From NCBI GenBank assembly GCA_963668025.2, contig CAXXTH010000023.1, positions 96,001 to 160,000 of the forward strand: a DNA stretch of 64,000 nucleotides, in the 5' to 3' direction. This document shows positions 1 through 10,236 of the stretch, piece by piece. This stretch comes from Candidatus Hydrogenedentota bacterium (GTDB lineage Bacteria > Hydrogenedentota > Hydrogenedentia > Hydrogenedentales > SLHB01). Numbering within the stretch: the first letter of the stretch is position 1; each line of letters begins with the position of its first letter. The notes beneath the pieces were generated by a model that saw only the letters and a list, made by a program, of their open reading frames with translations, did not search any database and was not told the DNA's origin. Position numbers and translations under genes: made by a program.

Positions 1-524
1 GGCCGAGTCTGCCCCACTTTGAGTGAAACCGGTTTGGGAGCCCAATCGAATTCTTGGGCGCGTTGGCACTCGAAGGGAAGCGTTTCGCCGGTGCTGAAGG
101 GCGTCGTGGTTCCGGCGCGGCAAGCATATTCCCACTCCGCTTCCGTGGGGAGGCGATAGGGTTTACCTTCTTTTTCGCTGAGCCACTTGCAGAAATCCAT
201 GGCTTCATTCCAAGATACGAAAAGCACCGCCTCATCGTCCTCCTGCGAGAGGGCGCGCTTGCCGCGCAATGCGCGATGTGCGGGATCAAACTGTTCGTAT
301 TGCGCATTGGTTACTTCCGTAACCGACATATAGAACGGCTGGCTAATCGTGACGGCGTGGACCGGCTGTTCGTCGAACTCGCCTTCGGTCGAGCCCATCT
401 GGAAATCGCCTGGCTCGATACGGACGAGCTTCATGCCAAGCGAATTGTTAATCACTTCGGCCTTAGCTGCGGCTGGCAAGGCCAGAAACAGGATCAACAG
501 GCCGAGACTACAAAGACCATTCAT
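1..524 (-). CDS. SUMF1/FGE-sulfatase domain secreted protein (5' part; runs off the window edge)
   Basis: Not in the ORF track. Manual translation from ATG at 524 gives MNGLCSLGLLILFLALPAAAKAEVINNSLGMKLVRIEPGDFQMGS...EQPVHAVTISQPFYMSVTEVTNAQY...VSWNEAMDFCKWLSEKEGKPYRLPTEAEWEYACRAGT, with signal peptide and the classic RLPTEAEWEYA motif. Confidence 0.9.
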   Translation of the reverse strand, partial: MNGLCSLGLLILFLALPAAAKAEVINNSLGMKLVRIEPGDFQMGSTEGEFDEQPVHAVTISQPFYMSVTEVTNAQYEQFDPAHRALRGKRALSQEDDEAVLFVSWNEAMDFCKWLSEKEGKPYRLPTEAEWEYACRAGTTTPFSTGETLPFECQRAQEFDWAPKPVSLKVGQTR

Positions 525-774
525 GGGAAAGCCCCCTATTGAATGCATCCAAAAAACTACCTCATGTCGCTCTAGAGTACCCTTTCCAGGAAATAAACAA
601 AAACTACGTTGCGAACAGATAATTCTAGGTTTCCAGTTCCACGACGCCTTCAGCACCGCCTCATCTCTCTTTTTACTATTGACGGGCCACAAAAATATCT
701 GGTATGCTCATTTTTGCTGATTGGAGCATAAACAATCACGAGTTTTCATCAAACATCATCTACGGAGGTGTCCC

Positions 775-2769
775 ATGAGCTTCTCTCTTGTTCGCACGCT
801 CTCCCTTGCCCTGGCTCTCATCTTGTCCTGGACCTCAATATGCCTAGCAGAACCGGTCGATGAAAAAGAAGCCGCACTCCTGCCCGGCGGCCCCCGGCCC
901 TTGCCAGCCTATGAGACTCTGGCCAGCGGCCCGCACCAGGTGCGCTGGCTCCCCCAGTCCACGGGGCCGGTCCTTTTCTTCGCCGTCGCATCGCACAAAC
1001 CGGCTCAGCGGATCATCGATGCGGTGAAGAAATATGAACTGGGTGATGGCTGGCTGCTCTTCTCTCCACCCATAGAACGCACGACGGCCGAACTAGATGT
1101 CTATCTGAAAACCCACTTGCCGCTCCTGCTCGCCTTCCCGACCACTGACATCGTGACCGGCGCTTTTGCTAATAACGCCGATTACAAGGCGCTCATGGAT
1201 GCATTGGCCGCCAGTTATGGCCAGGAGCAATACTATGGCGCTCTGGTCTGCGAGTGGGGCAATTGCTTGTACTGGCCGGATGGGTTGGAATCCATCTACC
1301 AGATCGACCGCAAGACGCTGGGGAAAAGCGGCCAGGAACATGCTGACCGCACCCACTTTTATGCGAAGTTGACAGAAGCCAATCAACGTTGGATCAAGAT
1401 GATCGGGAATTCCGTCGTGTCGCTCGACGGATATAATCAATTCCAGCACCTAGCCGCCGAAGCCGGTTACCCGGTCATCGCGAATGAGACGGGCGAAAAT
1501 ATTCCGGCCTCGCAGGTGCAGCGGGCCTTTATCCGGGGCGCTTCGCGCCAATTCGACCGCCCCTGGATCGAGGATGTCTCTCAATGGTACCTAACCACGG
1601 TTCCCTCGGGCGTTCCGGGGCTGCATAAGATTACTGCTGGCGGGGGTGCTGGTTTTGTCTTCCACATTGGGGAGCATGCGGGCCATTCGGTCAGTTACCT
1701 GGAGCGCATGTGGTATACCTCCTGGATGAGCGGCACGGCAGGCCTGATCAACGAAGCGTCGAGTGGATACATGTTTAATCTGCCCTATTGCAACATGGAA
1801 TATGATAATGGTGTCGAGGTGCCCGAAGACGTGGCCTTAAGCAAATGCGGCGAAGCCTCGCGGCGTTACTTCCGGCTCACAAAAGCCCACCAGCCCGGCA
1901 TTCCGTACACCCCCTTCGGCGTGCTGGTGAGTAAATACCATGGCCGGAACACCACCTGGGGCAAAGCTTGGCAACACCTCGAAGAAACTCCCGGCGATAA
2001 GTCGCTGGTCCGTTTCTTCGATCAGATTTTCCCCGGCCAATCCGCCGGTCCTGGCGATGAAGAGCGCCAGCTTTGCCCTTCGCCCTATGGCGATTCCTTT
2101 GATGTGTTGGTCAATGACGCCGACCCCGCAGCTTGGAGCGCCTATCCCGTTTTGCTGGCCGTAGGCGATATGCCCTGGACGCCCAAAGACATTGAGGCGC
2201 TCAAGGCTTATGTGAATAACGGTGGGACGCTGGCCCTGAATGAGACGCACCTGGCCGGGTGGCCCGACCGCGCGTTTTTGGGGCTGGCCGAAGAGGGATT
2301 CTCACCGGCGGGCAAAGGCCTCGCCGTCCTGGCCGGGAGCGAGGGGCAGGCCCTGCTTGTCCGGCATGACATCGGCCAAGGCCACGTATTCGTCGCGGCC
2401 CGGCAGTGCGAGCCTGGTTCAACGGAAGACTTTGCCTTCCCCACGGCCCTGCTCGATGCGCTGGCCCAGGCCTATCTCCCCTTCCAGGTGAGCGGGAAAA
2501 TCGAAACACTGCTCGCCCGCACACCCAAGGGCTGGACGATGCTCCTGGTCAACAACGGCGGGATCCGCAAGAAGCCGATGGAAGAAGAGCAGATCGATCC
2601 CTCGGCCGCGCAGACGGTTCGCATCGCCTGGAACGGGCCAGCCGCGCGCGTGAGCGACTGGCTGGAAGGCACGGAGCTCGATACGGCGTCCGCCGAGTCC
2701 AAGGATTCGCACGTACTCGAGGTCACCGTCGCCCCGGGCAGCCTGCGCTTGCTTAGCTTCGAGATGTAG
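775..2769 (+). CDS. Secreted hypothetical protein, possibly glycoside-hydrolase-like
   Basis: Long ORF; GGAGG RBS before ATG 775; signal peptide MSFSLVRTLSLALALILSWTSICLA. The C-terminal part (VLLAVGD...ALKAYVNNGGTL) resembles a beta-galactosidase trimerisation-like domain; function is inferred only. Confidence 0.6.
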   Translation: MSFSLVRTLSLALALILSWTSICLAEPVDEKEAALLPGGPRPLPAYETLASGPHQVRWLPQSTGPVLFFAVASHKPAQRIIDAVKKYELGDGWLLFSPPIERTTAELDVYLKTHLPLLLAFPTTDIVTGAFANNADYKALMDALAASYGQEQYYGALVCEWGNCLYWPDGLESIYQIDRKTLGKSGQEHADRTHFYAKLTEANQRWIKMIGNSVVSLDGYNQFQHLAAEAGYPVIANETGENIPASQVQRAFIRGASRQFDRPWIEDVSQWYLTTVPSGVPGLHKITAGGGAGFVFHIGEHAGHSVSYLERMWYTSWMSGTAGLINEASSGYMFNLPYCNMEYDNGVEVPEDVALSKCGEASRRYFRLTKAHQPGIPYTPFGVLVSKYHGRNTTWGKAWQHLEETPGDKSLVRFFDQIFPGQSAGPGDEERQLCPSPYGDSFDVLVNDADPAAWSAYPVLLAVGDMPWTPKDIEALKAYVNNGGTLALNETHLAGWPDRAFLGLAEEGFSPAGKGLAVLAGSEGQALLVRHDIGQGHVFVAARQCEPGSTEDFAFPTALLDALAQAYLPFQVSGKIETLLARTPKGWTMLLVNNGGIRKKPMEEEQIDPSAAQTVRIAWNGPAARVSDWLEGTELDTASAESKDSHVLEVTVAPGSLRLLSFEM

Positions 2770-2776
2770 TAATAGC

Positions 2777-2804
2777 CTTTGCGCTTTTGCGCCTTTGCGT
2801 GAAA
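2777..2804. repeat. Orphan arm of a periodic hairpin element (3 x 8 nt)
   Basis: CTTTGCGC TTTTGCGC CTTTGCGT GAAA between convergent genes. Confidence 0.55.
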
Positions 2805-2845
2805 ACGGAACGGGCTGGAACTATTCGCTACGTAGATGGTTCCGC

Positions 2846-3856
2846 CTATTCCGTGTCCGCATGCGCCTTCGCGACGACCTGGCGCAACGCTTCGAGCCGT
2901 TCCTCCGCTTTTGCAAGTGGATGATCGAGAACCTGCCGCCACATACGATTGAGGGTGGGGAGTCCATTTTGTTGTTCCTTAGCCCACTCGTCTGCAAACG
3001 CTCCATTACATATTTCTTGCATAGATTTGTCGGCGGCATCGAGCAACGCCTGCGGGGCCATGCGGCTGCTTCTGGTAAGTTGCCCGTATTGGCTCGTGTG
3101 TGAGTGCAGCTTCAATTGTTTGAAGAATCCTTCCGTGATCATGGCGCGGGCTATCTCAAGGAACTCACCTGATAAGTGTAATTCGGTGGCCACGATCTCC
3201 GGATCGCATCCTTGCTCGACAAGCTTTTCGAAGTAGAGCATGCACAAGGCGTTGATTCCTGGCCAAAGCATCTGTTCCGCATAAAGGTCGATTACCGTTT
3301 CTTCTCGAAACGACGACGCAAAAGCGCCTAGCTGGGTTGCCCCGATAGCTTTCGCGACGGCAAGCCCGGTTGCGAGCGCGTTGCCCGTCGCGTCTTGTTC
3401 AACACCCAATAGGCAGGGATAGCCTAGACCTTTTTGAAATAGGCTGCGAACCGCTTTGCCGATCATGCGAGGCGCGACGAGGATTACATCCACAAAATTC
3501 GGCGGCATCACTTGTTTGTAGTGGATGTTGTAGCCACTGGCGAAACACAACACCTTGCCATGCGCCAATCCATGTTTAACATCCGTCTCGAATACATGCG
3601 GCTGAATCTCGTCTGGGATAAGCATTAATATGATATCGCCGGTTCGGGATGCATCGGCAATACTCTGCACCGTGAATCCATCTTGAATGGACTGCTCCTT
3701 GTATGCATCCTCTCTGTTTCCGATCACCACATTGACGCCGCTGTCCCGCATGTTGAGTGCTTGAGCGCGGCCCTGGTTTCCGTAGCCAATGATACCCACG
3801 GTTTTGTTCTTGAGCGTATCGAGATTGGCGTCGCAGTCGTGGTAGATTTTAGACAT
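2846..3856 (-). CDS. ilvC: Ketol-acid reductoisomerase (class I)
   Basis: MSKIYHDCDANL..KTVGIIGYGNQGRAQALNMRDSG, MLIPDEIQ, ILVAPR, DLYAEQ, SHTSQYG. Confidence 0.9.
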   Translation of the reverse strand: MSKIYHDCDANLDTLKNKTVGIIGYGNQGRAQALNMRDSGVNVVIGNREDAYKEQSIQDGFTVQSIADASRTGDIILMLIPDEIQPHVFETDVKHGLAHGKVLCFASGYNIHYKQVMPPNFVDVILVAPRMIGKAVRSLFQKGLGYPCLLGVEQDATGNALATGLAVAKAIGATQLGAFASSFREETVIDLYAEQMLWPGINALCMLYFEKLVEQGCDPEIVATELHLSGEFLEIARAMITEGFFKQLKLHSHTSQYGQLTRSSRMAPQALLDAADKSMQEICNGAFADEWAKEQQNGLPTLNRMWRQVLDHPLAKAEERLEALRQVVAKAHADTE

Positions 3857-4157
3857 GACCTCAGCTCCTCCATCCTCCAAGTTTGGCCGCAAAGTGCGGC
3901 GTTTCCCGACATCCTATATCCAGATGGAAATCCCGGCGTGATTTGAGTATCTGATATGCATGCATCAGCCCGCAATCCTAAAGTCTCGCATGATTTCGCT
4001 AAACGGCCTTTTCTGAGAAGTCATGCCTGCTTACGCATCGAACAAACATGCGACGGCGTCAGTCTGGTTGCCGTAATATCTTTTGGAACACCCGCTCGTT
4101 TAGCATACATTATCATGAATTGAGAAACGGCGATGCGTTACCCATAGGAAGACAGAG

Positions 4158-5063
4158 ATGATGATAGCAGGCAATGGAATACGGCCGGGCGTATATCCGG
4201 TTCTTTTTACTCCGTTCACGGAGTCAGGTGAGATTGATTACCCGGCCCTGGATGAATTAGCGGATTTTTATATAAGCAGTGGCGTGGGTGGCCTGTTCGC
4301 GGTGTGCTTGTCAGGAGACATGTTCCATCTTACCCAGGAGGAACGCCTAGCGGTGAGCCGCCACCTGATCGAGCGGGCCGGTGAGAGGATGAGTATCGTA
4401 TGTGGAGGAAACTTCACGGGAGGACTCGATAATCAAGCGGCGGAACTCGAAGCCATGCACCATACGGGTGTTGACGCTGCCGTAGTGATTCTCTCGGTAT
4501 TGCCATCGAGGAGAGATCTTAGTGAACAATTGCTGCGCCTCTGCGGCCTGACGAAAGCCCCGCTAGGTCTTTATGAGTGTCCAGCGCCCGAGCATCGCCT
4601 CATGACTCCCGAGGAAATAGCCCGTGTCGCATCCACGGGCCGATTCGTGTTTATGAAAGAAACCTCTCCCACGCCCGAGCCGACCGTTGAAAAGACTCGG
4701 AAAACAGTAGGAACTCCGCTGGGCATGTATCCAGCCCGGTTGAAGAGCACACCCCAAGCGTTGGCCGCCGGTGCGGCAGGCTATTGTGGCGTCATGGCGA
4801 ATATCGCACCAGAATTATGCATGGTCATGTGCGACACCAACCGTACGGACGAAGAACGTAAACGGGCGTATGATGCACTTGTTGAACTACACGATGTCAT
4901 GGAAGCCCACCATTATCCGATCTCGGGCAAGTACATCCTGCAGCGGCGGGGATTACATCTCACCCTGAAATGCCGCGGCGCCGCCGCAAAAATCTTCACG
5001 GCATCGGACCGGGAAGCCCTCGATCGGTTTCTAGAAGGTTTCTGTTTTGATATACATAACTAG
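4158..5063 (+). CDS. Dihydrodipicolinate synthase / N-acetylneuraminate lyase family aldolase
   Basis: GVYPVLFTPFTESGEIDY, LYECP, Schiff-base Lys in FMKETS; CLSGD replaces GTTGE, so probably not true DapA. Confidence 0.85.
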   Translation: MMIAGNGIRPGVYPVLFTPFTESGEIDYPALDELADFYISSGVGGLFAVCLSGDMFHLTQEERLAVSRHLIERAGERMSIVCGGNFTGGLDNQAAELEAMHHTGVDAAVVILSVLPSRRDLSEQLLRLCGLTKAPLGLYECPAPEHRLMTPEEIARVASTGRFVFMKETSPTPEPTVEKTRKTVGTPLGMYPARLKSTPQALAAGAAGYCGVMANIAPELCMVMCDTNRTDEERKRAYDALVELHDVMEAHHYPISGKYILQRRGLHLTLKCRGAAAKIFTASDREALDRFLEGFCFDIHN

Positions 5064-5310
5064 ATATCTAATTCTAATTAGTTCTACGCGCCGCCTCTTG
5101 TTTTTTATTCCCCCATGCCTTGCATGTTCAGGACTCGCCAGCGGGAAAGGGCTTAGGTTCCACCCCTTAGGATATGAATTCAGGATATCTGATTTCGGGT
5201 GATTTAAGTTGAAAAAATGGCTATTATGAGGTACGGTATATCAAATACGGATTGGTGCTATGGCGCGCTGGAAATAAGCTGGTGCGGCAACTAAAGGGAA
5301 ATCCCTGATT

Positions 5311-5622
5311 ATGGCCTCGCTGATTGAGAATGTGCTGATGCTGGAAGGACAGGCCGATGAGGTCGTCTTGCACGCCCGCGCGGAAGCGGAGCGCGTGATG
5401 CAGCAGGCTCGCGAAGAAGCGGCAGCCGGACGGCAGCAAGTGCAAACCGAACTTGAAGCGCGCATGGGTGTTTTCGAGCAGCAAGCCCAGCTTCGCCATG
5501 AAGCCGAACTCGCTTCGGCGCAACAGGAGCTCAAGCAAGCGCTTCAACGTACGGATGAAATACAGCCCGCGGTGATTGATGCGCAGATAGGCCGCATTGT
5601 GGCCCGGTTCCGCGAGTGCTAA
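5311..5622 (+). CDS. V/A-type ATPase peripheral stalk subunit G/H
   Basis: 103-aa Ala/Glu/Gln coiled-coil protein; first gene of the V-ATPase operon. Confidence 0.75.
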   Translation: MASLIENVLMLEGQADEVVLHARAEAERVMQQAREEAAAGRQQVQTELEARMGVFEQQAQLRHEAELASAQQELKQALQRTDEIQPAVIDAQIGRIVARFREC

Positions 5623-5625
5623 GCC

Positions 5626-7696
5626 ATGGCCATTGATCGTATTAAAAAAGTCACCATATTGACACCGCTCACTGCAACGCGGCGCTTGATTCGTGCGTTG
5701 CATCGCCTTGAGGCAGTCGAAATGCTCAATTCGGCGGAAGCATGCGAGTGGACTCGCACCCATCTCGCGCAAGACGCCGCCGCCACGGAAAAAAGCGGAT
5801 GAGGAAATCCGCAAGATTGACTTCATCTTGAACGTGCTCGATACGCACGCGCCGGTGCAGCAGGGATTCTTTGAAGGTTTGACGCCGCTGCCACTTGTGG
5901 CGGATTCCGGAGAGATTAACGAGGTCACCAAAGAGTCCGTACTCGATGACCGTTTTTCTTCCGCAAAAGAGCTGGATGATATTTTCCGCCATGCGGACCG
6001 TGTTGTTAATGAAATCCGCTCCGAGATGCAGAATATTCTTCCATTCGAAGATGTGCCTTTTGAAGTGGCTGATATTAAGCGCCCTTCCCGCATGCGTTTC
6101 TTTTTTGGATATGCGCAGGAAGAAGCCATGCGCGCCGTGGAGGCGGACCCCGCATGGCAAGGGCGGTTTGCGTGGGAAGTGGTGCCGGCTGGATATCTTA
6201 TGCGCCGGGGTGCAAAGCCCGTAGCGCCTGCAAAAAAAACGATGGGGCCTCTCCGCGTAGTGGCGGCATGCTTGGCGGAGGATGCGGAGGCCGTGCGTGC
6301 GTCGCTGCTGGCGGCCGGTTTTGAAGAAATCTCCTTGCCCGATGTGCATGGCAAAGTCCGCGACCGTATCCGCGAATTGCGGGCGGATTTGGCGGAGTAT
6401 GAGGGCCGCCTCGCCATTGTCGCCAGCCGGGCCAAACTGATGTCCGAATGGCGCCGTCCCCTAACCATCTTAAAAGCCTACTGGCTGAGCCAGCGTAATA
6501 TGGAAACCGCGACGGCCCAAACGGCTCATGGCAAATGGGTCCGTGTCGTGTGCGGGTATGTCCGGGAGCGGGATTTAGCTGCCGTCGAGAATACCTTGCG
6601 GTATGAATTCCCGCGATGCTCCTATTTTCTCTGTGACCCGGAACCGGATGAAGAAGTCCCGGTAAGCCTTACCTCATCGAGCTTTGTGCGGCCCATCCAG
6701 ATGCTGACCGAGATGTTCGGCCTGCCAAATTACAGGGATTTTGATCCTTCGCCGTTCATGGTGGCGAATTTTTATATCTTCTTCGGAATCTGCTTTGGCG
6801 ATGTGGGTTATGGAACCATGCTGGTGTTGTTGAGTTTATACCTCAACGCGAAGACCCGTCCCTATCGCGGCGTGAACAACTTCGCGCGCGTCCTGCTCAT
6901 CGGTGGATGCAGCACCATTTTTTTCGGATTAATCCTAGGCTCTTGGTTTGGCGATCTGTTCAAGCCCGAGTATCTTGGTGAAAATAACCTCATGCTAAGG
7001 CTGCAAGAAACTTTTGTAGTACTAGATCCACTGGCCAAGACGATCGTCGCTTTGGTATGCGCCTTATCCATCGGTATCCTCAATCAGTTTTATGGCATCG
7101 CCCTCAAGATGTATGGCGCGTTCCGGCAAGGCGATATGGCTACGGCCCTCTTTGACGGGCTGCTGTGGCTCATCACGCTTCCGGGCATTGTCATACTGGC
7201 CTGCACGATGTTCACCAAGCTGCCCCCTTATTTGTTGAATATTGGGATGGGCCTTTTTTTTATCGGGGCGCTCGGTTTGGTGTTGACGCAAGGGCGTGAT
7301 TCCAAAAACATTTTTCTCCGGTTGATAACGGGAGTGACGAGCATATATGGCATTGTAGGCAGTTATGGCGTGACCGCATTCATAGGCGATACGTTGTCGT
7401 ACTGTCGTTTGCTTGCCCTTGGGCTGACGACTTCCATCGTCGCCCAGACATTCAATATGATGGCGGGGATGTTAAAAGAGACACCGGTGGTGGGATTTTT
7501 CCTCTTCATTCTGGTGCTTGTCGTCGGCCATATTTTTAATTTCATGATTAGCTTGCTCGGTGCATTTGTGCATTCGATGCGTTTGATTTTCGTGGAATTT
7601 TTTGGACGTTTCTACGATGGCGGGGCAAAGCCCTTCAGGCCGCTGATGTTTGACTCACCATTGTGTATCGTAAAGAAGCCAGCGGATACGCGCTGA
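5626..7696 (+). CDS. atpI: V/A-type ATPase subunit I (a); contains a +1 frameshift at the A6 run 5789-5794
   Basis: True N-terminus MAIDRIKKVTIL begins at ATG 5626 but stops at TGA 5800-5802. Deleting one A joins it (EK-ADEEIRK) to the 667-aa ORF, which has FDPSPF..FFGICFGDVGYG, LSYCRLLALGL and HSMRLIFVEFF. Confidence 0.9.
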
Positions 7697-7749
7697 TACT
7701 ATATAGTAACGAACAATTCGCACAAGACACGGAACGGAGGAACACGACC

Positions 7750-8286
7750 ATGACACCGGAGTGGATCGAGATTGGGCGCGGCCTAGCCTACGCGGGCGCG
7801 GGATTCGCCTTTGGCTTGGGCGGCGCGGGTTCGGCGTGGGGCATTGCTATCGCTTCACACCAAGCTGCAGGCGTGATGCGTGAAAAGCCGGAACTGTTCG
7901 GCCGGATGCTCATCATGATCGCATTGCCCGGCACGCAAGGATTCTATGGCTTCATCAGCGCCATCCTCATGATGACCCAAACGGGTTTGATTGGAGGTGG
8001 AGAAATCAAAATCACCTTGGGAACGGGCTTGGCCTTGTTCTTCGTCGGGCTTAGCTGCGGAATTGCCCAGCTTATTTCCGCTATTAAGCAGGGCGAAGCC
8101 TCTGCGGCGGGTATTTCGCTCGTTGCCAGGCGTCCTGAATCGGCTGGCCGTGCGCTCTTGTTCCCCGCGTTCGTCGAGACGTACGCCGTAGTAGCGCTGC
8201 TGGCCACTATTCTGTTCATCATTTTCTTGACCAGCCAGCCCAATGCGCTTCAATACTTGCAGACCGTCGAGCAAGTAGCGCGGTAA
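7750..8286 (+). CDS. atpK: V/A-type ATPase subunit K (c), 4-TM, Na+-binding signature
   Basis: GGAGG RBS; LPGTQG, KQG and VETYA motifs as in Enterococcus hirae NtpK. Confidence 0.92.
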   Translation: MTPEWIEIGRGLAYAGAGFAFGLGGAGSAWGIAIASHQAAGVMREKPELFGRMLIMIALPGTQGFYGFISAILMMTQTGLIGGGEIKITLGTGLALFFVGLSCGIAQLISAIKQGEASAAGISLVARRPESAGRALLFPAFVETYAVVALLATILFIIFLTSQPNALQYLQTVEQVAR

Positions 8287-8299
8287 GGGAATCCAGGCC

Positions 8300-8890
8300 A
8301 TGACCATGGATAGAATACAAGAGGCCATCCTCGAGAGCGCCCAGGCGGAGGCCGCCCGCATCATCCGCGCCGCGGAGATGCAAGTCGAAGAGTGGAAAGC
8401 CGCGCAGCTCGAAGAAGCCAAAGAAGAAGCGGAGCAGCAGTATCGGATGCGCACGCGTGCGATCGAGGAGGGCTTGGCTCGCCAGGTCACTCAATCGCGG
8501 GGCGCTTCAGGCAAGCAGCTTCTCGAACGGCGGAATGCCGTATTGAATAGCGTTTTCGACAAGGCGCGTACAGCTATTTTAGCGTTGCCATCCTCAGAAT
8601 ATGGCAAAAGCATGCGCCGATGGCTGGAGAGTTGCCTGGAAGATGCAAGCGGGAAGGTCCGCGTCCATCCATCCGAAGCGGCCTTGTTTTCCGCCATGCT
8701 GCAAGAAATGAATAAAAGCCGGAGCGCATCCGCGCAATTAGCGATGGATGAAGCGCATCCGTTGCCGGAACGCGGCGGATTTATTTTTGTAGGTGAAGGT
8801 TTTGAAGTGGATCAAACGTTGGACAAGGTGCTCGAAGGGGTGCGGCATGAGCTGTCACCCAGTATCGCGGCTTCCTTGTTCACCGAATGA
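8300..8890 (+). CDS. atpE: V/A-type ATPase subunit E
   Basis: Operon position; N-terminal coiled coil; C-terminal GGFIF..EVDQTL. Confidence 0.88.
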   Translation: MTMDRIQEAILESAQAEAARIIRAAEMQVEEWKAAQLEEAKEEAEQQYRMRTRAIEEGLARQVTQSRGASGKQLLERRNAVLNSVFDKARTAILALPSSEYGKSMRRWLESCLEDASGKVRVHPSEAALFSAMLQEMNKSRSASAQLAMDEAHPLPERGGFIFVGEGFEVDQTLDKVLEGVRHELSPSIAASLFTE

Positions 8891-8905
8891 GCCGGGGGCG
8901 TAACC

Positions 8906-9892
8906 GTGTTACCCAAGCTGCGCCAACAGCCTAAATGGGGCTTCGTCTGCGGGCGGATTAGCGTCCTTGAAGGACGCCTCCTCGATGATGGGTTCTGCAC
9001 CATGCTCATTGGGCAGGAAAAGGTGGAGGATATTCTCCCCCATCTGCAAGATACCTTTCTGCGCGATTATATAGACGCGGCAGCCCCATTCACGGAATTC
9101 AGCGCTCTTGCGGATCGCTGCTTTCGCGATTTAGTCCAATCGATCCGGGAAGAATGCCCCTCGACCATTCCAGCAGACTTGTTTATGCTGGGGTGGGATT
9201 ACCTCAATTTGAAAAACGCCCTTGCAGGCCAATCGGATATCGTTTTTCCATGCACTTTTTTCCCGGAAGAGCTGCTTGATGCGGTGGAGAAGGGAGAGCG
9301 GGGCGTTTTACCGCTGCCGGTGCGGGAAGCGGGTGGAGGCGTCTTATGTGAAATGGGCGACCTCGAACCTGCTTTGATGGATGTGCTGTTGGATGGGGCG
9401 TATCTGCGCCATTTCCTGTCTTTGGCGGCTGAATTGAACTCTCCCTTGATTTCGCTTTATGCGGAGGAGCGGGTATTAGTGCGCTCCGTGCTGGTGTATT
9501 GGCGCGCTGTACGGCAGCAGCGGCCGCTTTCTGTATTTCAGCAGTATTTTCTGCCGGTTGGCGATGTGGGGGCGGTTTTATCCGAATTGGCGGGGCTGGC
9601 GGACGTGCAGGCGTGGCCTGCCGTGATTCCAGGCGAATTGGGTGATCTATTCGGCGAATCGCTCGATGCTCCCGAAGATGAACAACCGTCGCGTTTCGAG
9701 GTGCTGGCCTCTAATTACCTGATGCGCCTGCTTGAGCCGGGCGCGTTTCAAACGGCTGGACCCGAAAGGGTCGTCGCTTTCCTAGCCGCATTCGCCCGTG
9801 AGATTCAGAATATCCGGGTGGCGGTATCGGGACGCCTCAGCCAAATCGAACCGGCGATCTTGCTACGCCAATTGAGGGAGCGCCATGTCTAG
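8906..9892 (+). CDS. atpC: V/A-type ATPase subunit C (d)
   Basis: GFVCGRISVLEGRLL, DYLNLK, EIQNIR; operon position. Confidence 0.85.
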   Translation: MLPKLRQQPKWGFVCGRISVLEGRLLDDGFCTMLIGQEKVEDILPHLQDTFLRDYIDAAAPFTEFSALADRCFRDLVQSIREECPSTIPADLFMLGWDYLNLKNALAGQSDIVFPCTFFPEELLDAVEKGERGVLPLPVREAGGGVLCEMGDLEPALMDVLLDGAYLRHFLSLAAELNSPLISLYAEERVLVRSVLVYWRAVRQQRPLSVFQQYFLPVGDVGAVLSELAGLADVQAWPAVIPGELGDLFGESLDAPEDEQPSRFEVLASNYLMRLLEPGAFQTAGPERVVAFLAAFAREIQNIRVAVSGRLSQIEPAILLRQLRERHV

Positions 9893-10214
9893 AGCAGTGG
9901 CCATTGGCGAGAAGCACGAAGTCTTAGGATTTAAAGGCGCGGGGTTTGAGATTATCCCGGTTTCCAATGCGCAGGTGTTATCGCGCGAACTGGGAGAATT
10001 GTCCCGGGAGCATGACGTGGCGCTGGTGCTTGTCACGGAAGAGCTGGCGATTGAAGCGGAATCAGCGATTAATGAATTCCGTGAACGGAGCTCCGCGCTG
10101 CTTACGGTGATTCCCAACCATGCGGGAAGCCGCCATACTAGTTTCGAAGCGATGCGCAAAGCCGTCGAGCGGTCCATGGGTGTGGACATCCTCGGCGCGC
10201 GCAACGAGGACTAA
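9885..10214 (+). CDS. atpF: V/A-type ATPase subunit F
   Basis: AVAIGEKHEVLGFKGAG...VERSMGVDIL. Confidence 0.9.
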   Translation: MSRAVAIGEKHEVLGFKGAGFEIIPVSNAQVLSRELGELSREHDVALVLVTEELAIEAESAINEFRERSSALLTVIPNHAGSRHTSFEAMRKAVERSMGVDILGARNED

Positions 10215-10236
10215 GCAACAACAAGGGCCCATAAAC

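Noticed and set aside
54-720. Plus-strand ORFs 54-542 and 349-720
   Set aside because: They overlap the minus-strand FGE-sulfatase gene, which has strong motif support.
5788-5796. A-AAA-AAG as a programmed -1 frameshift in atpI
   Set aside because: Joining the frames requires +1 (loss of one base), not -1.
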